64,000 nucleotides of DNA from the NCBI GenBank assembly GCA_026195895.1, contig JAPHRO010000021.1, forward strand, positions 3,848 through 67,847, in the 5' to 3' direction. The stretch comes from Gammaproteobacteria bacterium. GTDB lineage: Bacteria > Pseudomonadota > Gammaproteobacteria > SZUA-229. Each line of letters begins with the position of its first letter. The stretch's first letter is position 1. The position numbers were made by a program, and so were the translations under genes. Below the pieces are notes generated by a model. That model worked only from the letters and a program-made list of their open reading frames with translations. It was not told where the DNA came from and ran no database searches. Shown in pieces: positions 30,382 through 40,776 of the stretch.

Positions 30382-31461
30382 ATGAGCCGAAAAATTATTC
30401 ATATCGATATGGATGCTTTCTTTGCTGCGGTGGAGCAACGGGATAATCCCGCGCTAAAGGGCAGGCCGGTTATTGTTGGTGGTCAGCCGAATAGCCGGGG
30501 TGTTGTTGCGACCTGCAGTTATGAGGCCCGCAAGTTTGGTATCCATTCAGCAATGCCTGCTGCCAGGGCCTGGCAGTTGTGTCCACAGGGAATATTTGTA
30601 AAGCCACGCATAGCAGCCTATCGAGAGGTTTCTCAACAGATACATCAGGTATTTCAACAGTATACGGATTTGATAGAGCCGCTGTCGCTGGATGAGGCGT
30701 ATCTGGATGTCTCGGCAGTAGACAGGTGTAGTGGGTCGGCAAGCTTGATGGCGAAAGAAATTCGTCAGCAGATATTCGATGTCACGCAGTTAACCGCTTC
30801 TGCAGGTATTTCATACAATAAATTTCTGGCAAAAATTGCTTCTGATATTAATAAACCCAATGGCCAGTTTTTAATTAAACCCGAAGATGGTGAGGCCTTT
30901 GTGCAGCAACTGCCGATAGGTAAATTTTTTGGTATCGGTAAGGTGACAGAAGCAAAAATGCACGCACTGGGTATTCAGACGGGCGCGGATTTAAAGCAAT
31001 GGCCGAAAGAAAAACTCAGTCAATATTTTGGTAAGTCGGGTGTTTATTATTATTCAATCGTGCGCGGTATAGATGAGCGACCGGTTACCAGTCACCGAAT
31101 GCGTAAATCACTGGGTGCGGAAACTACATTTCAGACGGATATCCATGATGTTGAAATAATGCAGCAGCATTTGTTTCAACTGGCAGAGCAGGTAGTCAGT
31201 GGCTTGCAGAAAAAACAACTGGCCGGGCATACCTTAACTATTAAAGTTAAATACGCTGATTTTCAGCAAATCACGCGAAGTATTACCGTTGATGAGCTGT
31301 TATATGATGTAAAAAAAATTATTTGTCTGATTCCGCTGTTATTAAACAAAACAGAAGTTGATCGACGTCCTGTACGTTTGCTTGGCGTAACCGTATCAAG
31401 CCTGAGCAGAGACATTGAAACGGGGCATGATGTGCAGCCAGGATTGTTTGATCAGATATAA
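30382..31461 (+). CDS. dinB: DNA polymerase IV
   Basis: RKIIHIDMDAFFAAVEQRDNP N-terminus is the hallmark of Y-family DinB. Start moved to the internal Met matching the canonical N-terminus. Confidence 0.85.
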   Translation: MSRKIIHIDMDAFFAAVEQRDNPALKGRPVIVGGQPNSRGVVATCSYEARKFGIHSAMPAARAWQLCPQGIFVKPRIAAYREVSQQIHQVFQQYTDLIEPLSLDEAYLDVSAVDRCSGSASLMAKEIRQQIFDVTQLTASAGISYNKFLAKIASDINKPNGQFLIKPEDGEAFVQQLPIGKFFGIGKVTEAKMHALGIQTGADLKQWPKEKLSQYFGKSGVYYYSIVRGIDERPVTSHRMRKSLGAETTFQTDIHDVEIMQQHLFQLAEQVVSGLQKKQLAGHTLTIKVKYADFQQITRSITVDELLYDVKKIICLIPLLLNKTEVDRRPVRLLGVTVSSLSRDIETGHDVQPGLFDQI

Positions 31462-31483
31462 TTTACAGCGGCATCTTAAACAA

Positions 31484-32470
31484 TCAGTAACGGCTGTGCC
31501 AGCTAATATTAAAGTTTACATCGGGAGAGTAGCCAGACTGAATGTCTTCGGCAACGGCAATATCCAGACTGGAGTTGTTATCAAACAAAATAGTGCCACC
31601 AAAGCTAAGTTGAATAACGTCATCCAGTAAATCAAGCCCGGAGTCATAAACAGCGGAATGCGCGTCAAGCTGTACTTTTAGTAAAATTGGCCGCCAGGGA
31701 TGAAATTGCATACCCAGATTACCGAATACAGCCGTGTTTTTATGTTGCTCCTGCAGCAGCTCACTGTCCTGCATAAATAAGTAGCCCAGATTGCCATAAA
31801 ACCAGCTACTGTCGCCGGTGGAAAAGTCGGCGGCAATCCATAGCGCCAGGTCGCTGCCGTCGCTGCCACTAAGTTTTCGGCTATCACCGGTGGGTAATTT
31901 GATACTGGTCCAGTAGCTCAGGGCGTAGTCTTCTGTTGCGCTTAACTGGTAGCCTGCCTGGATAGATATATCACCTAAAGATGTGTGAGCTTGCTGGAAG
32001 TCGAGTATCTGATTGCCATTGTTTTGATAGTTGATAATTAGCTGATCACGTGGGAATTCAGGCCGAATATCTTCGGGCAGGTGCATGATGTCGTGATAAT
32101 TTTCGATCCATGCGTCGAGGAAACCGCCGCTGTGTCCAGTCACGGGCAATTCAAATCTAAGCATCCAGTTTTTGCTCAGGCTGACGTCATAGAGCAGGTT
32201 TAGCTGGTAACTTTCAATGTCAAGAAACAGCGATTCATTAGCTGTCTGTTGATCATTAATCGTGTTGCTGATATTGATTGATGAGATGAATCGGCTCTGG
32301 TTTTCATCCAGTATTCTGCCGGCAACCGGTAGCGGGAAGCCGTGGATCGAAACCAGTGGATTCTGGTCGCGGGTCAGCAAGGGGGCTACTTGTTCAGCGG
32401 CAATAGATTGACTGAACACAAACGTTGTAATAATGAGGCCGGCTATGTGCGCGTTTATTATTTTTTTCAT
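31484..32470 (-). CDS. hypothetical outer-membrane/secreted protein
   Basis: Signal peptide MKKIINAHIAGLIITTFVFSQSIAA. Beta-rich. No family recognised. Confidence 0.35.
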   Translation of the reverse strand: MKKIINAHIAGLIITTFVFSQSIAAEQVAPLLTRDQNPLVSIHGFPLPVAGRILDENQSRFISSINISNTINDQQTANESLFLDIESYQLNLLYDVSLSKNWMLRFELPVTGHSGGFLDAWIENYHDIMHLPEDIRPEFPRDQLIINYQNNGNQILDFQQAHTSLGDISIQAGYQLSATEDYALSYWTSIKLPTGDSRKLSGSDGSDLALWIAADFSTGDSSWFYGNLGYLFMQDSELLQEQHKNTAVFGNLGMQFHPWRPILLKVQLDAHSAVYDSGLDLLDDVIQLSFGGTILFDNNSSLDIAVAEDIQSGYSPDVNFNISWHSRY

Positions 32471-32495
32471 GCGCAGGCAACATAGCCCAGATCCC

Positions 32496-32541
32496 AAAAA
32501 TAAAAAAGCCCTGTAAAAAATAAATTTTACAGGGCTTTTTA
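32496..32541 (-). terminator. bidirectional rho-independent terminator downstream of the cytochrome c gene
   Basis: AAAGCCCTGTAAAA-N6-TTTTACAGGGCTTT flanked by A-run and T-run. Confidence 0.75.
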
Positions 32542-32561
32542 AATAAGCGTGTAATACCGGC

Positions 32562-32870
32562 TTATTTCATGCCGCTGAAGTATGCAGAAATATTAGCCAT
32601 GTCTGCGTCAGATAGAGGCTTGGCCATAGCATTCATAGTTGGGTCTTTACGTGTGCCGTCTTTGAAGGCTTTCATTTGCTTGGTCAGATAAGCTTCTTTC
32701 TGGCCTTTCAGGTTAGGGTAGGTAGGCATTTTGCCGATACCGTCATTACCGTGACATGCAGCACATGCAGCAGCTTTAGCTTTGCCTTTCGCAGCGTCGC
32801 CAGCAGCAACAGCATTTGCAGATACAGTCAGCGCAGTAGCGGCCAACAGGGCTAAGATTTGCTTCTTCAT
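32562..32870 (-). CDS. class I c-type cytochrome (c5/c552-like), periplasmic
   Basis: Signal peptide. Single CAACHG heme-binding motif. Distal Met (TMNAMAKPL). 102 aa. Confidence 0.8.
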   Translation of the reverse strand: MKKQILALLAATALTVSANAVAAGDAAKGKAKAAACAACHGNDGIGKMPTYPNLKGQKEAYLTKQMKAFKDGTRKDPTMNAMAKPLSDADMANISAYFSGMK

Positions 32871-33190
32871 CGTTTAACTCCCGGGTTAATTTGACAAATT
32901 GGTTAAAAATTCTGGCCGCAAATTGTGGCAGAGCAGGTATATAAAGTAAATTAATGTTTGTTTATGTGCTTCTGCTGTTTACTTATGGCTGGTGTATTAT
33001 TAGTAAAATCAGTTATTTACCAGTATTTTTAAGGGGCCGACTGGACAAGCATTTGATTTTATTCAAGGTTTTGACCGTCAAAAACTGCCTTAGTTTTTCC
33101 CTGTTTAAGGCTTTTTTAGGCTGTAAATCCCCTGCCAATCGGGTAAAGTGTGCAGCTCTTTGAATTTTGGCTCCAGGTGAGGATCAGAAC

Positions 33191-33883
33191 ATGGCAGATT
33201 ATAAGATCGCCCCATCCATCTTATCAGCAGATTTCGCTCGTCTCGGCGAAGAAGTGGACAATGTAATCAAATCGGGTGCAGATATCGTACATTTCGATGT
33301 AATGGACAATCACTATGTGCCTAACCTGACGATTGGTCCACTGGTATGTGATGCGCTGCGTAAGCATGGCGTAAGCGCAGAAATCGACGTGCATCTGATG
33401 GTAAAACCCGTCGATCGTATTATTCCTGATTTTGCTAAAGCCGGTGCCTCTTATATTACTTTCCATCCGGAAGGCTCTGAACATATTGACCGCAGCCTGC
33501 AAATGATTCGCGAGCTGGGCTGTAAATCGGGTCTGGTATTCAATCCGGCCACATCGCTGGATTGCCTGAAATATGTCATGGACAAAGTCGACATGATTCT
33601 GCTGATGTCGGTTAATCCCGGTTTTGGTGGTCAGTCGTTCATTCCTGCGACGCTGGATAAGTTGCGCGAAGCGCGTAAGCTGATCGATGCATCTGGTTAC
33701 GATATTCGTCTGGAAATTGACGGTGGCGTAAAAGTGGATAACATCCGCGAGATTGCCGAAGCTGGTGCCGACACCTTTGTTGCCGGTTCTGCTATTTTTG
33801 GCGCCAAAGGCGATAGCGATGCCAACGATTACGATACTGTAGTTGCTGCCATGCGCGCTGAGCTGGCAAAAGCGAAAAGTTAA
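33191..33883 (+). CDS. rpe: ribulose-phosphate 3-epimerase
   Basis: [19 protein letters not shown]-terminus and a TIM barrel. Start moved to the ATG after GAGGA. Confidence 0.9.
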   Translation: MADYKIAPSILSADFARLGEEVDNVIKSGADIVHFDVMDNHYVPNLTIGPLVCDALRKHGVSAEIDVHLMVKPVDRIIPDFAKAGASYITFHPEGSEHIDRSLQMIRELGCKSGLVFNPATSLDCLKYVMDKVDMILLMSVNPGFGGQSFIPATLDKLREARKLIDASGYDIRLEIDGGVKVDNIREIAEAGADTFVAGSAIFGAKGDSDANDYDTVVAAMRAELAKAKS

Positions 33884-33970
33884 CATTTAAGAATAGATGC
33901 GAAGCCTGTAAATCATTGCAGCTTCGCACTTGATGTTGATTTCCCCCCCCTATTTTGAACTGGAGTAGTA

Positions 33971-34648
33971 ATGGCGATTAAAAAGCCAGACATGGTATTA
34001 ATAGATGTGGACGGCACCCTGGTCGACAGCGTGCCGGATCTCGCGTATTGCGTTGATGAGATGCTGAAAGCACTGGATATGCCCGTGCGTGGCGAAGAAC
34101 GTGTGCGCCACTGGGTAGGTAATGGCGTTGAACGGCTGGTCAGGCGAGGTCTGATAAATGACCTGAATGGCGAACCGGATGAGGCCTTATTTGAAAAAGC
34201 GATACCAATTTTCAATGATCTGTATGCTGAAAATACGTCCAAACGCAGTTGCCTGTATCCCGGCGTAAAAGAAGCGCTTGAGTTTCTGAAGTCTACCGAT
34301 GTGAAAATTGGTTGCGTAACGAATAAAGCGGCGCAGTTTACCCTGCCAATTTTAAAAGATCTGGGGATTGCCGATTATTTTGAGATTGTAATTTGTGGCG
34401 ATACTCTGGAGAAGAAAAAACCCGATCCAATGCCGTTGTTATATGCAGCAGAAAAGCTGGGTGTTAAACCTGAGCAGTCATTGATGCTGGGTGATTCAAT
34501 GTCCGATGTGAAAGCGGCGCGTGCGGCGGGTTTTGATATTGTCTGCATGAGTTATGGCTATAATCACGGTGAAGATATTCGTGACTATAATCCAGATGCA
34601 GTTGTTGATTCTATGGATGAAGTTAAAACCGTCGTAAGCTGGAATTAA
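33971..34648 (+). CDS. gph: phosphoglycolate phosphatase (HAD superfamily)
   Basis: HAD motif I VLIDVDGTLVDS. Conserved position downstream of rpe. Confidence 0.8.
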   Translation: MAIKKPDMVLIDVDGTLVDSVPDLAYCVDEMLKALDMPVRGEERVRHWVGNGVERLVRRGLINDLNGEPDEALFEKAIPIFNDLYAENTSKRSCLYPGVKEALEFLKSTDVKIGCVTNKAAQFTLPILKDLGIADYFEIVICGDTLEKKKPDPMPLLYAAEKLGVKPEQSLMLGDSMSDVKAARAAGFDIVCMSYGYNHGEDIRDYNPDAVVDSMDEVKTVVSWN

Positions 34649-34779
34649 TAAACAATGTACTTACTTTTCAGACAGGCAGATATGCGTACATATACAAGCT
34701 GGCGATGGTCATAAGATAATTTCTGGCCCGGTGGCCGCTCGTCTGCTTTGTGTAATGTGAAAAATGTCTGGAAAGAATC

Positions 34780-36267
34780 ATGACCCCTGAAAAATTTGCT
34801 GAATTAAAACAACAAAATTACACCCATATACCGCTGGTCAAGGAAGTGCTGGCGGATCTGGATACGCCTTTAAGCACCTATCTAAAACTGGCCAATGCGC
34901 CGTATTCCTATTTGTTCGAATCCGTCCATGGTGGCGAGAAATGGGGGCGTTATTCGATTATTGGTTTGCCCTGTGTAACACGCATAAAAATTTTTGGTCA
35001 TAAAATTATTATCGAAAAGGGCTATGAGAATTCTGAAACCCTGGAAGTAGCCGACCCGCTTGCATGGATTGAGCAATATCAGCAGCAGTTTAATGTTGCC
35101 GAAATTGATGGCCTGCCAAAATTTACTGGCGGACTGGTTGGTTATTTTGGTTACGATACGATTCGTTACATCGAGCCGAAACTGGCCAAAGCAGAAAAGC
35201 CGGATGTACTGAAAACGCCGGACATTTTATTGATGTTGTCAGAAGAGGTGATTGTTTTTGATAACCTCAGCGGCAAGCTTTACCTGATCGTACAGGTGAA
35301 TCCCCGGCAGGCTGATGCCTATGAAATGGGCCAGCAAAGACTCAATCAGTTACACAAAACCTTGCATCAGTCTGTGCCCACCTATAAGCCTGCGGCAAAA
35401 AGTTACCAGATTACAGAAGATGATTTTGTTTCTGGCTTTACCGAGGACGGTTTCAAGCAAGCAGTCAGGAAAGCCAGGGAATATATTGTGGATGGCGATG
35501 TGATGCAGGTGGTGTTATCGCAACGCATGTCGATTCCCTACAATGCGGAACCACTGGATTTATATCGTTCCTTGCGGAGTTTGAATCCGTCGCCCTATAT
35601 GTATTATCTCGACCTGGATGACCATCATGTGGTGGGTTCATCGCCAGAAATCCTGGTGCGTCTGGAAGATAACGAAGTCACCGTGCGTCCGATTGCCGGT
35701 ACTCGGCCGCGTGGCAAAGATGAAGCGGACGATCTCGCACTGGAACAAGAATTGTTAGCGGACCCCAAAGAGCTGGCGGAGCATTTAATGCTGATTGATC
35801 TGGGCCGGAATGATGCCGGTCGAGTGAGTAAAATCGGCAGCGTGGAACTGACCGATAAAATGATTATCGAACGTTATTCCCATGTCATGCATATCGTGTC
35901 TAATGTGGTAGGCGAGCTCACTGAAAACATGACCGCAATGGATGTATTACGCGCGACTTTCCCAGCGGGTACGGTGAGTGGCGCACCGAAAATTCGTGCC
36001 ATGGAAATCATCGATGAGCTGGAACCGGTTAAGCGGGGTATCTATTCGGGTGCGGTCGGTTATTTATCGTGGAATGGCAATATGGATACTGCAATAGCAA
36101 TTCGTACTGCGGTGATCAAAGATAAAATTCTCAATATTCAGGCCGGTGCCGGTATTGTTTATGATTCGGTGCCGGAGAATGAATGGGCAGAGACCATGAA
36201 CAAAGGGCGCGCAGTTTTTCGTGCTGTCGCCATGGCTGAAGCCGGCCTGGATGGCTCTCATCGTTAA
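34780..36267 (+). CDS. trpE: anthranilate synthase component I
   Basis: Full-length TrpE-like protein of 495 aa with the LLADPKE...GAVGY chorismate-binding core. Confidence 0.9.
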   Translation: MTPEKFAELKQQNYTHIPLVKEVLADLDTPLSTYLKLANAPYSYLFESVHGGEKWGRYSIIGLPCVTRIKIFGHKIIIEKGYENSETLEVADPLAWIEQYQQQFNVAEIDGLPKFTGGLVGYFGYDTIRYIEPKLAKAEKPDVLKTPDILLMLSEEVIVFDNLSGKLYLIVQVNPRQADAYEMGQQRLNQLHKTLHQSVPTYKPAAKSYQITEDDFVSGFTEDGFKQAVRKAREYIVDGDVMQVVLSQRMSIPYNAEPLDLYRSLRSLNPSPYMYYLDLDDHHVVGSSPEILVRLEDNEVTVRPIAGTRPRGKDEADDLALEQELLADPKELAEHLMLIDLGRNDAGRVSKIGSVELTDKMIIERYSHVMHIVSNVVGELTENMTAMDVLRATFPAGTVSGAPKIRAMEIIDELEPVKRGIYSGAVGYLSWNGNMDTAIAIRTAVIKDKILNIQAGAGIVYDSVPENEWAETMNKGRAVFRAVAMAEAGLDGSHR

Positions 36268-36299
36268 CCATTAATACAGTTAAATTATTCGGAGTTGTT

Positions 36300-37103
36300 A
36301 TGAAAGCATTATGCTTGCGCATAGTGAACCACTCATTATTCGAAAAAGTCATCGTTGGTCTGATTTTACTGAATGGTGTGATTCTGGGTATGGAAACCTC
36401 TGCACACCTGGTGCAGCAATATGGGCAATTATTTGAATTGCTATCGGGTATTATTTTGCTGGTGTTTATCATCGAGGCAGCGATGAAAATCACCGCCGTG
36501 GCGCCGAAATTGAAGCTCTATTTTGGGTCTGGCTGGAACCTGTTTGATTTTAGTGTGGTGTTGCTATCGCTGGTACCATCGACCGGTGAATTTGCCATGA
36601 TTGCACGACTGGCGCGCTTGTTACGGGTCATGCGTCTGATCTCGACGATTCCAGAATTACGCCTGATAGTGTCTACCCTGGTACGTTCATTGCCGGGCAT
36701 GATGCATGTAATCATGTTGATGGCGGTGATCTTTTATATCTATGCGGTGGCCGGGTTCCATCTGTTTCACGAGCATGACCCGGAATTATGGGGTACGCTG
36801 GGTATTTCCCTGTTAACGCTGTTCAGGGTGGTTACCCTGGAAGACTGGACAGATGTCATGTATACCGCCATGGAAATGCATCCATTGAGCTGGATATTTT
36901 TTGTCAGCTTTGTGGTGATGGGTACCTTTGTTATTATTAATTTATTTATTGCGGTGGTGATTAATAATCTGGAAGAGGCCAAACAGGAAAGTCTGGCCGA
37001 ATTGCAGAAGCCGACCAGCAAAGATGAATTGCTGAAAGAACTGAAACAGACTCAGGATGCTTTGCAGCGACTACAGGTAAGAATGGAGAATGCATCGTCA
37101 TGA
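36300..37103 (+). CDS. voltage-gated ion channel, NaChBac/BacNav family (single 6-TM domain), filter LEDWTD
   Basis: Collinear with NaChBac. S4 segment [19 protein letters not shown], pore loop [17 protein letters not shown]6 and a C-terminal coiled coil. The stop overlaps the trpG start (ATGA). Confidence 0.75.
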   Translation: MKALCLRIVNHSLFEKVIVGLILLNGVILGMETSAHLVQQYGQLFELLSGIILLVFIIEAAMKITAVAPKLKLYFGSGWNLFDFSVVLLSLVPSTGEFAMIARLARLLRVMRLISTIPELRLIVSTLVRSLPGMMHVIMLMAVIFYIYAVAGFHLFHEHDPELWGTLGISLLTLFRVVTLEDWTDVMYTAMEMHPLSWIFFVSFVVMGTFVIINLFIAVVINNLEEAKQESLAELQKPTSKDELLKELKQTQDALQRLQVRMENASS

Positions 37104-37678
37104 TGTTAATGATTGATAACTATGATTCGTTCACTTATAACCTGGTGCAATATCTGGGCGAACTGGGTGCAGACGTTGTTGTCTATCGTAACGATCAGAT
37201 AACTATCGCCGATATAGAGAAATTAAATCCCGAACGGATTATGATTTCGCCGGGACCCTGCACGCCAAATGAGGCCGGTTTGTCGATGGCTGTCATCAGG
37301 CACTTTGCCGGTAAATTGCCCATACTGGGTGTGTGTCTTGGACACCAGAGTATCGGCCAGGTATTCGGTGGTAAAATTATTCACGCCAAACAGATTATGC
37401 ATGGCAAAACATCCATGATTCATCACAATAATCAGGGCGTGTTCAAGGGCCTGTCCAATCCATACGAGGCCACTCGATATCATTCGTTGGTAATCGAAAA
37501 AGAAAGTCTACCGGATTGTCTGGAAATAACCGCCTGGACTGAAAATCCCGATGGCAGCATCGATGAAATCATGGGTGTTAAACATAAAGAGCTGGCAGTA
37601 GAAGGTGTGCAGTTTCATCCTGAGTCCATACTTACGGAGCATGGACATGATCTACTTAAAAATTTTTTACAAATGTAA
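37100..37678 (+). CDS. trpG: anthranilate synthase component II (glutamine amidotransferase)
   Basis: GATase class I. The catalytic Cys is in GVCLGHQ and the His/Glu in QFHPES. Confidence 0.9.
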   Translation: MMLMIDNYDSFTYNLVQYLGELGADVVVYRNDQITIADIEKLNPERIMISPGPCTPNEAGLSMAVIRHFAGKLPILGVCLGHQSIGQVFGGKIIHAKQIMHGKTSMIHHNNQGVFKGLSNPYEATRYHSLVIEKESLPDCLEITAWTENPDGSIDEIMGVKHKELAVEGVQFHPESILTEHGHDLLKNFLQM

Positions 37679-37698
37679 AAGACAAAGGTAATTCCATT

Positions 37699-38715
37699 AT
37701 GGATATGCAAACAGCAATCAAGACCGTTACAGAAAACAAAGATCTTAGTCGTGAGCAAATGACCGAGGTGATGAATCTGATCATGACCGGGCAGGCAACG
37801 GATTCCCAGATTGGTGGTTTTTTGATTGGCTTGCGTATGAAAGGGGAAAGTGTCGACGAGGTTGCTGCTGCGGCAAGCGTGATGCGTAAGCTATCCACTA
37901 AAGTGAATGCCCCGGATAAGAACCTGGTGGATACCTGCGGTACTGGCGGTGATGCATCCGGCAGTTTTAATATTTCTACCGCTGCCGTTTTTGTAGCCGC
38001 CGCGGCCGGTGCACATGTCGCCAAGCATGGTAATCGTTCAGTCTCCAGCAAGTCGGGCAGTGCCGATGTGCTGGAAACTGCGGGCGTTAATCTGAATTTA
38101 ACCCCGGAACAGGTATCGGAATGCATTCATAATGTAGGGGCTGGATTTCTATTTGCGATAAAGCATCATGGCGCGATGAAACATGCCATTGGTCCGAGAA
38201 AAGAAATGGGTGTGCGCACAATCTTCAATGTGCTGGGGCCATTAACCAATCCCGCGGGCGCGCCGAATCAGTTGATTGGTGTATTCAGTAACGACTGGGT
38301 GGAGCCACTGGCGCAGGTGCTGAAACAACTGGGCAGCCATCATGTTATGGTGGTGCATGCGGATGATGGTCTGGATGAAATTAGCGTCGCCAGCGAAACG
38401 CATGTGGCTGAGTTAAATAATGGTGAAATTCACACCTATACTATCAAACCTGAAGATTTTGGTATGCCACGCGCCAGCCTGGCTGATATTAAAGCGGTGG
38501 ATTCAGCGGCCAGTCTGGCAATGATTCAATCGGTTTTCAAAAACCAGGCCGGGCCGACCAAAGACATTGTTTGTCTTAATGCTGGTGCGGCAATTTATGT
38601 GGCGGGTATTACCGACTCGCTGGCTGAAGGTGTTAAAAAAGCTGAAGCAGTTATCGCCAGTGGCGCAGCAGCGAAAAAACTTGAAGCACTCATTCATTAT
38701 TCAAACAACTGTTAA
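37699..38715 (+). CDS. trpD: anthranilate phosphoribosyltransferase
   Basis: GTGGD motif ([17 protein letters not shown]). 338 aa. Confidence 0.9.
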   Translation: MDMQTAIKTVTENKDLSREQMTEVMNLIMTGQATDSQIGGFLIGLRMKGESVDEVAAAASVMRKLSTKVNAPDKNLVDTCGTGGDASGSFNISTAAVFVAAAAGAHVAKHGNRSVSSKSGSADVLETAGVNLNLTPEQVSECIHNVGAGFLFAIKHHGAMKHAIGPRKEMGVRTIFNVLGPLTNPAGAPNQLIGVFSNDWVEPLAQVLKQLGSHHVMVVHADDGLDEISVASETHVAELNNGEIHTYTIKPEDFGMPRASLADIKAVDSAASLAMIQSVFKNQAGPTKDIVCLNAGAAIYVAGITDSLAEGVKKAEAVIASGAAAKKLEALIHYSNNC

Positions 38716-38719
38716 CATT

Positions 38720-39520
38720 ATGAATAATAAAACACCTGATATTTTAAACAAAATTCTGCAACGTAAAGTTGAAGAAATCTCCGAAGCTTCAGCAAAAGAA
38801 AGTATAGAGGCTTTACGGCAGCGGGCGGATTCTGCACCGGCAGTGCGCGGCTTTATTCGTGCTATCGAAAAAAAGATTGCTGCTGGCCAGCCGGGAATTA
38901 TTGCAGAAATCAAAAAAGCCTCACCCAGTAAAGGTGTGATTCGAGAAAATTTCGTGCCGGAAGATATCGCCAAAAGCTATGAAAAACATGGTGCGACCTG
39001 TTTGTCGATATTAACGGACCGGGATTATTTTCAGGGAGCAGAAGAATATTTAATTCAGGCGCGTGCGGCGACTAAGCTGCCGGTTATTCGTAAAGATTTC
39101 ATTATTGATCCCTATCAGGTGTATGAAGCACGAGCCATGGGTGCAGATTGCATTTTGTTGATTGTGTCTGCGCTGGATGACAAACCGTTAAATGAATTGC
39201 TCGCATTAGCGCATGATTTAGATATGGATGTTTTAATGGAAGTACATGATCGAGACGAAATGCAGCGAGCCATCAATAGCGGCGCCAGGTTAATCGGCGT
39301 CAACAATCGTAATTTACGCACCTTTGAAGTCAGTCTGCAGAACACTTTAGCTATGCTGGATATGGTGCCTGCGGATCGTATTCTGGTCACCGAGAGCGGT
39401 ATTCATGTGCCGGCAGATGTGAAATTAATGCGTGATAATAATATCCATGCATTTCTGGTTGGCGAAGCCTTTATGCGCGCTGACGACCCGGGTGAAAAAC
39501 TGGCCGAGCTGTTTTTCTAG
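38720..39520 (+). CDS. trpC: indole-3-glycerol phosphate synthase
   Basis: IGPS TIM barrel ([22 protein letters not shown]). Start moved to the ATG at 38720 just after the trpD stop. Confidence 0.85.
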   Translation: MNNKTPDILNKILQRKVEEISEASAKESIEALRQRADSAPAVRGFIRAIEKKIAAGQPGIIAEIKKASPSKGVIRENFVPEDIAKSYEKHGATCLSILTDRDYFQGAEEYLIQARAATKLPVIRKDFIIDPYQVYEARAMGADCILLIVSALDDKPLNELLALAHDLDMDVLMEVHDRDEMQRAINSGARLIGVNNRNLRTFEVSLQNTLAMLDMVPADRILVTESGIHVPADVKLMRDNNIHAFLVGEAFMRADDPGEKLAELFF

Positions 39521-39550
39521 GATAATGCTTTAGGTTTTTTAAAAAAGCGT

Positions 39551-40189
39551 TTAGCGGGTGCCGTGCACGACAATGGTTTTACCGTGGGCGCTGATCAGGC
39601 CGTCTTCTTCCAGTTCTTTTAAAACACGACCGGCCATTTCCCGTGAACAGCCAACAATCTTGGCGATATCCTGGCGGGTGATTTTTATTTGCATGCCGTC
39701 GGGATGGGTCATGGCATCGGGCTGTTCACTCAGCTCCAGCAGCGTGCGCGCAATGCGGCCGGAAACATCGAGGAAAATCAGGTCGCGGACTTTCTGGCTG
39801 GTTTTGATTAGCCGATCAAAAATCTGGCCGGATAGCAGGAACAGAATTTCCGGGTCTTCATTGACCAGTTTGCGGAACTGGGTATAGGAAATTTCAGCAA
39901 TTTCGCAGGGTGATTTGGCCACAATCATGGCGCTGCGATCCAGGTTTTCTTTAAACAGTCCCGCTTCACCAAAGAAATCACCGCTGTTCAGATAGGCCAG
40001 GATAATTTCTGCGCCTTCATCGTTTTCCGTTTGTACGCTTACCGACCCCTTGATGATATAGTACAGGCTTTGGGGTTTATCCCCTTCGTGGATAATGTTT
40101 TTCTTGGCCGGATAGCTCTTGCGGTGGCAATGATTTAGCAACCGTTCCAGCGAAGGATTTGATGTATCAATTTTGGGCAACAAGCTCAT
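39551..40189 (-). CDS. crp: cAMP receptor protein family global regulator (CRP/Vfr)
   Basis: cNMP-binding domain plus an HTH that is nearly identical to E. coli CRP ([41 protein letters not shown]). Confidence 0.9.
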   Translation of the reverse strand: MSLLPKIDTSNPSLERLLNHCHRKSYPAKKNIIHEGDKPQSLYYIIKGSVSVQTENDEGAEIILAYLNSGDFFGEAGLFKENLDRSAMIVAKSPCEIAEISYTQFRKLVNEDPEILFLLSGQIFDRLIKTSQKVRDLIFLDVSGRIARTLLELSEQPDAMTHPDGMQIKITRQDIAKIVGCSREMAGRVLKELEEDGLISAHGKTIVVHGTR

Positions 40190-40321
40190 AAACGTTACTG
40201 TATTTTCCGTGAATCTTTAATTATCCTGCGATTATAGTGCATTCCGCCCTGCCACAAACGGGTGAATGGACTAATTAACGCAAATTAGTGACCAATCAGC
40301 AAGTTTTTTAGGGTGTAGTGT

Positions 40322-40738
40322 ATGAAAGCACGGGTGAAGTGGCTGGATAATATGACATTTGTGGGTGAATCGGGTAGTGGGCATTCCATTGTAATGGATG
40401 GTGCAGTTGATAGTGGTGGCCGCAATCTGGCCGCTCGACCCATGGAAATGGTACTTATGGGCATGGGGGGCTGTACGGCTTTTGATGTGGTTTTAATACT
40501 GAAACGGCAGCGTCAGCCGATCGAGGACTGTATTGTTGAGCTGTCAGCAGAGCGTGCGGAGGAGGTACCTAAAGTATTTACCAGAATCCACGTGCACTAT
40601 GTCATCAAAGGCAAGGGGCTAAATGAGAAGAAAGTGGCAAAAGCTGTTGAATTAACAGCGGAAAAATATTGCTCAGTGTCGATCATGCTGGCCGCAACCG
40701 TCGAAGTCAGCCATGATTTCGAGATTATCGAAGATTAA
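40322..40738 (+). CDS. OsmC family protein (YhfA-like)
   Basis: OsmC/Ohr fold of 138 aa. Divergent from crp, as yhfA is next to crp in enterics and PA0653 is next to vfr. Confidence 0.7.
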   Translation: MKARVKWLDNMTFVGESGSGHSIVMDGAVDSGGRNLAARPMEMVLMGMGGCTAFDVVLILKRQRQPIEDCIVELSAERAEEVPKVFTRIHVHYVIKGKGLNEKKVAKAVELTAEKYCSVSIMLAATVEVSHDFEIIED

Positions 40739-40776
40739 TTGTCACAATTTAGTGCTGAAAAAATAAAGTAGAAAAA

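Noticed and set aside
33053-33066. FNR-like box TTGATTTTATTCAA between the cytochrome c gene and rpe
   Set aside because: It has one mismatch to the consensus. Its position is ambiguous relative to either divergent gene. I kept only the perfect box at 46735-46748.
33224-33886. 220-aa minus-strand ORF covering rpe
   Set aside because: It is the antisense frame of the conserved rpe gene. It has no recognisable domain.
34649-34779. Searched for a trp leader peptide with tandem Trp codons upstream of trpE
   Set aside because: There is no short ORF with consecutive TGG codons and no alternative hairpins. Attenuation of the E. coli type is not supported.
37656-38126. 156-aa minus-strand ORF overlapping trpG/trpD
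   Set aside because: It is an antisense shadow ORF of highly conserved trp genes.
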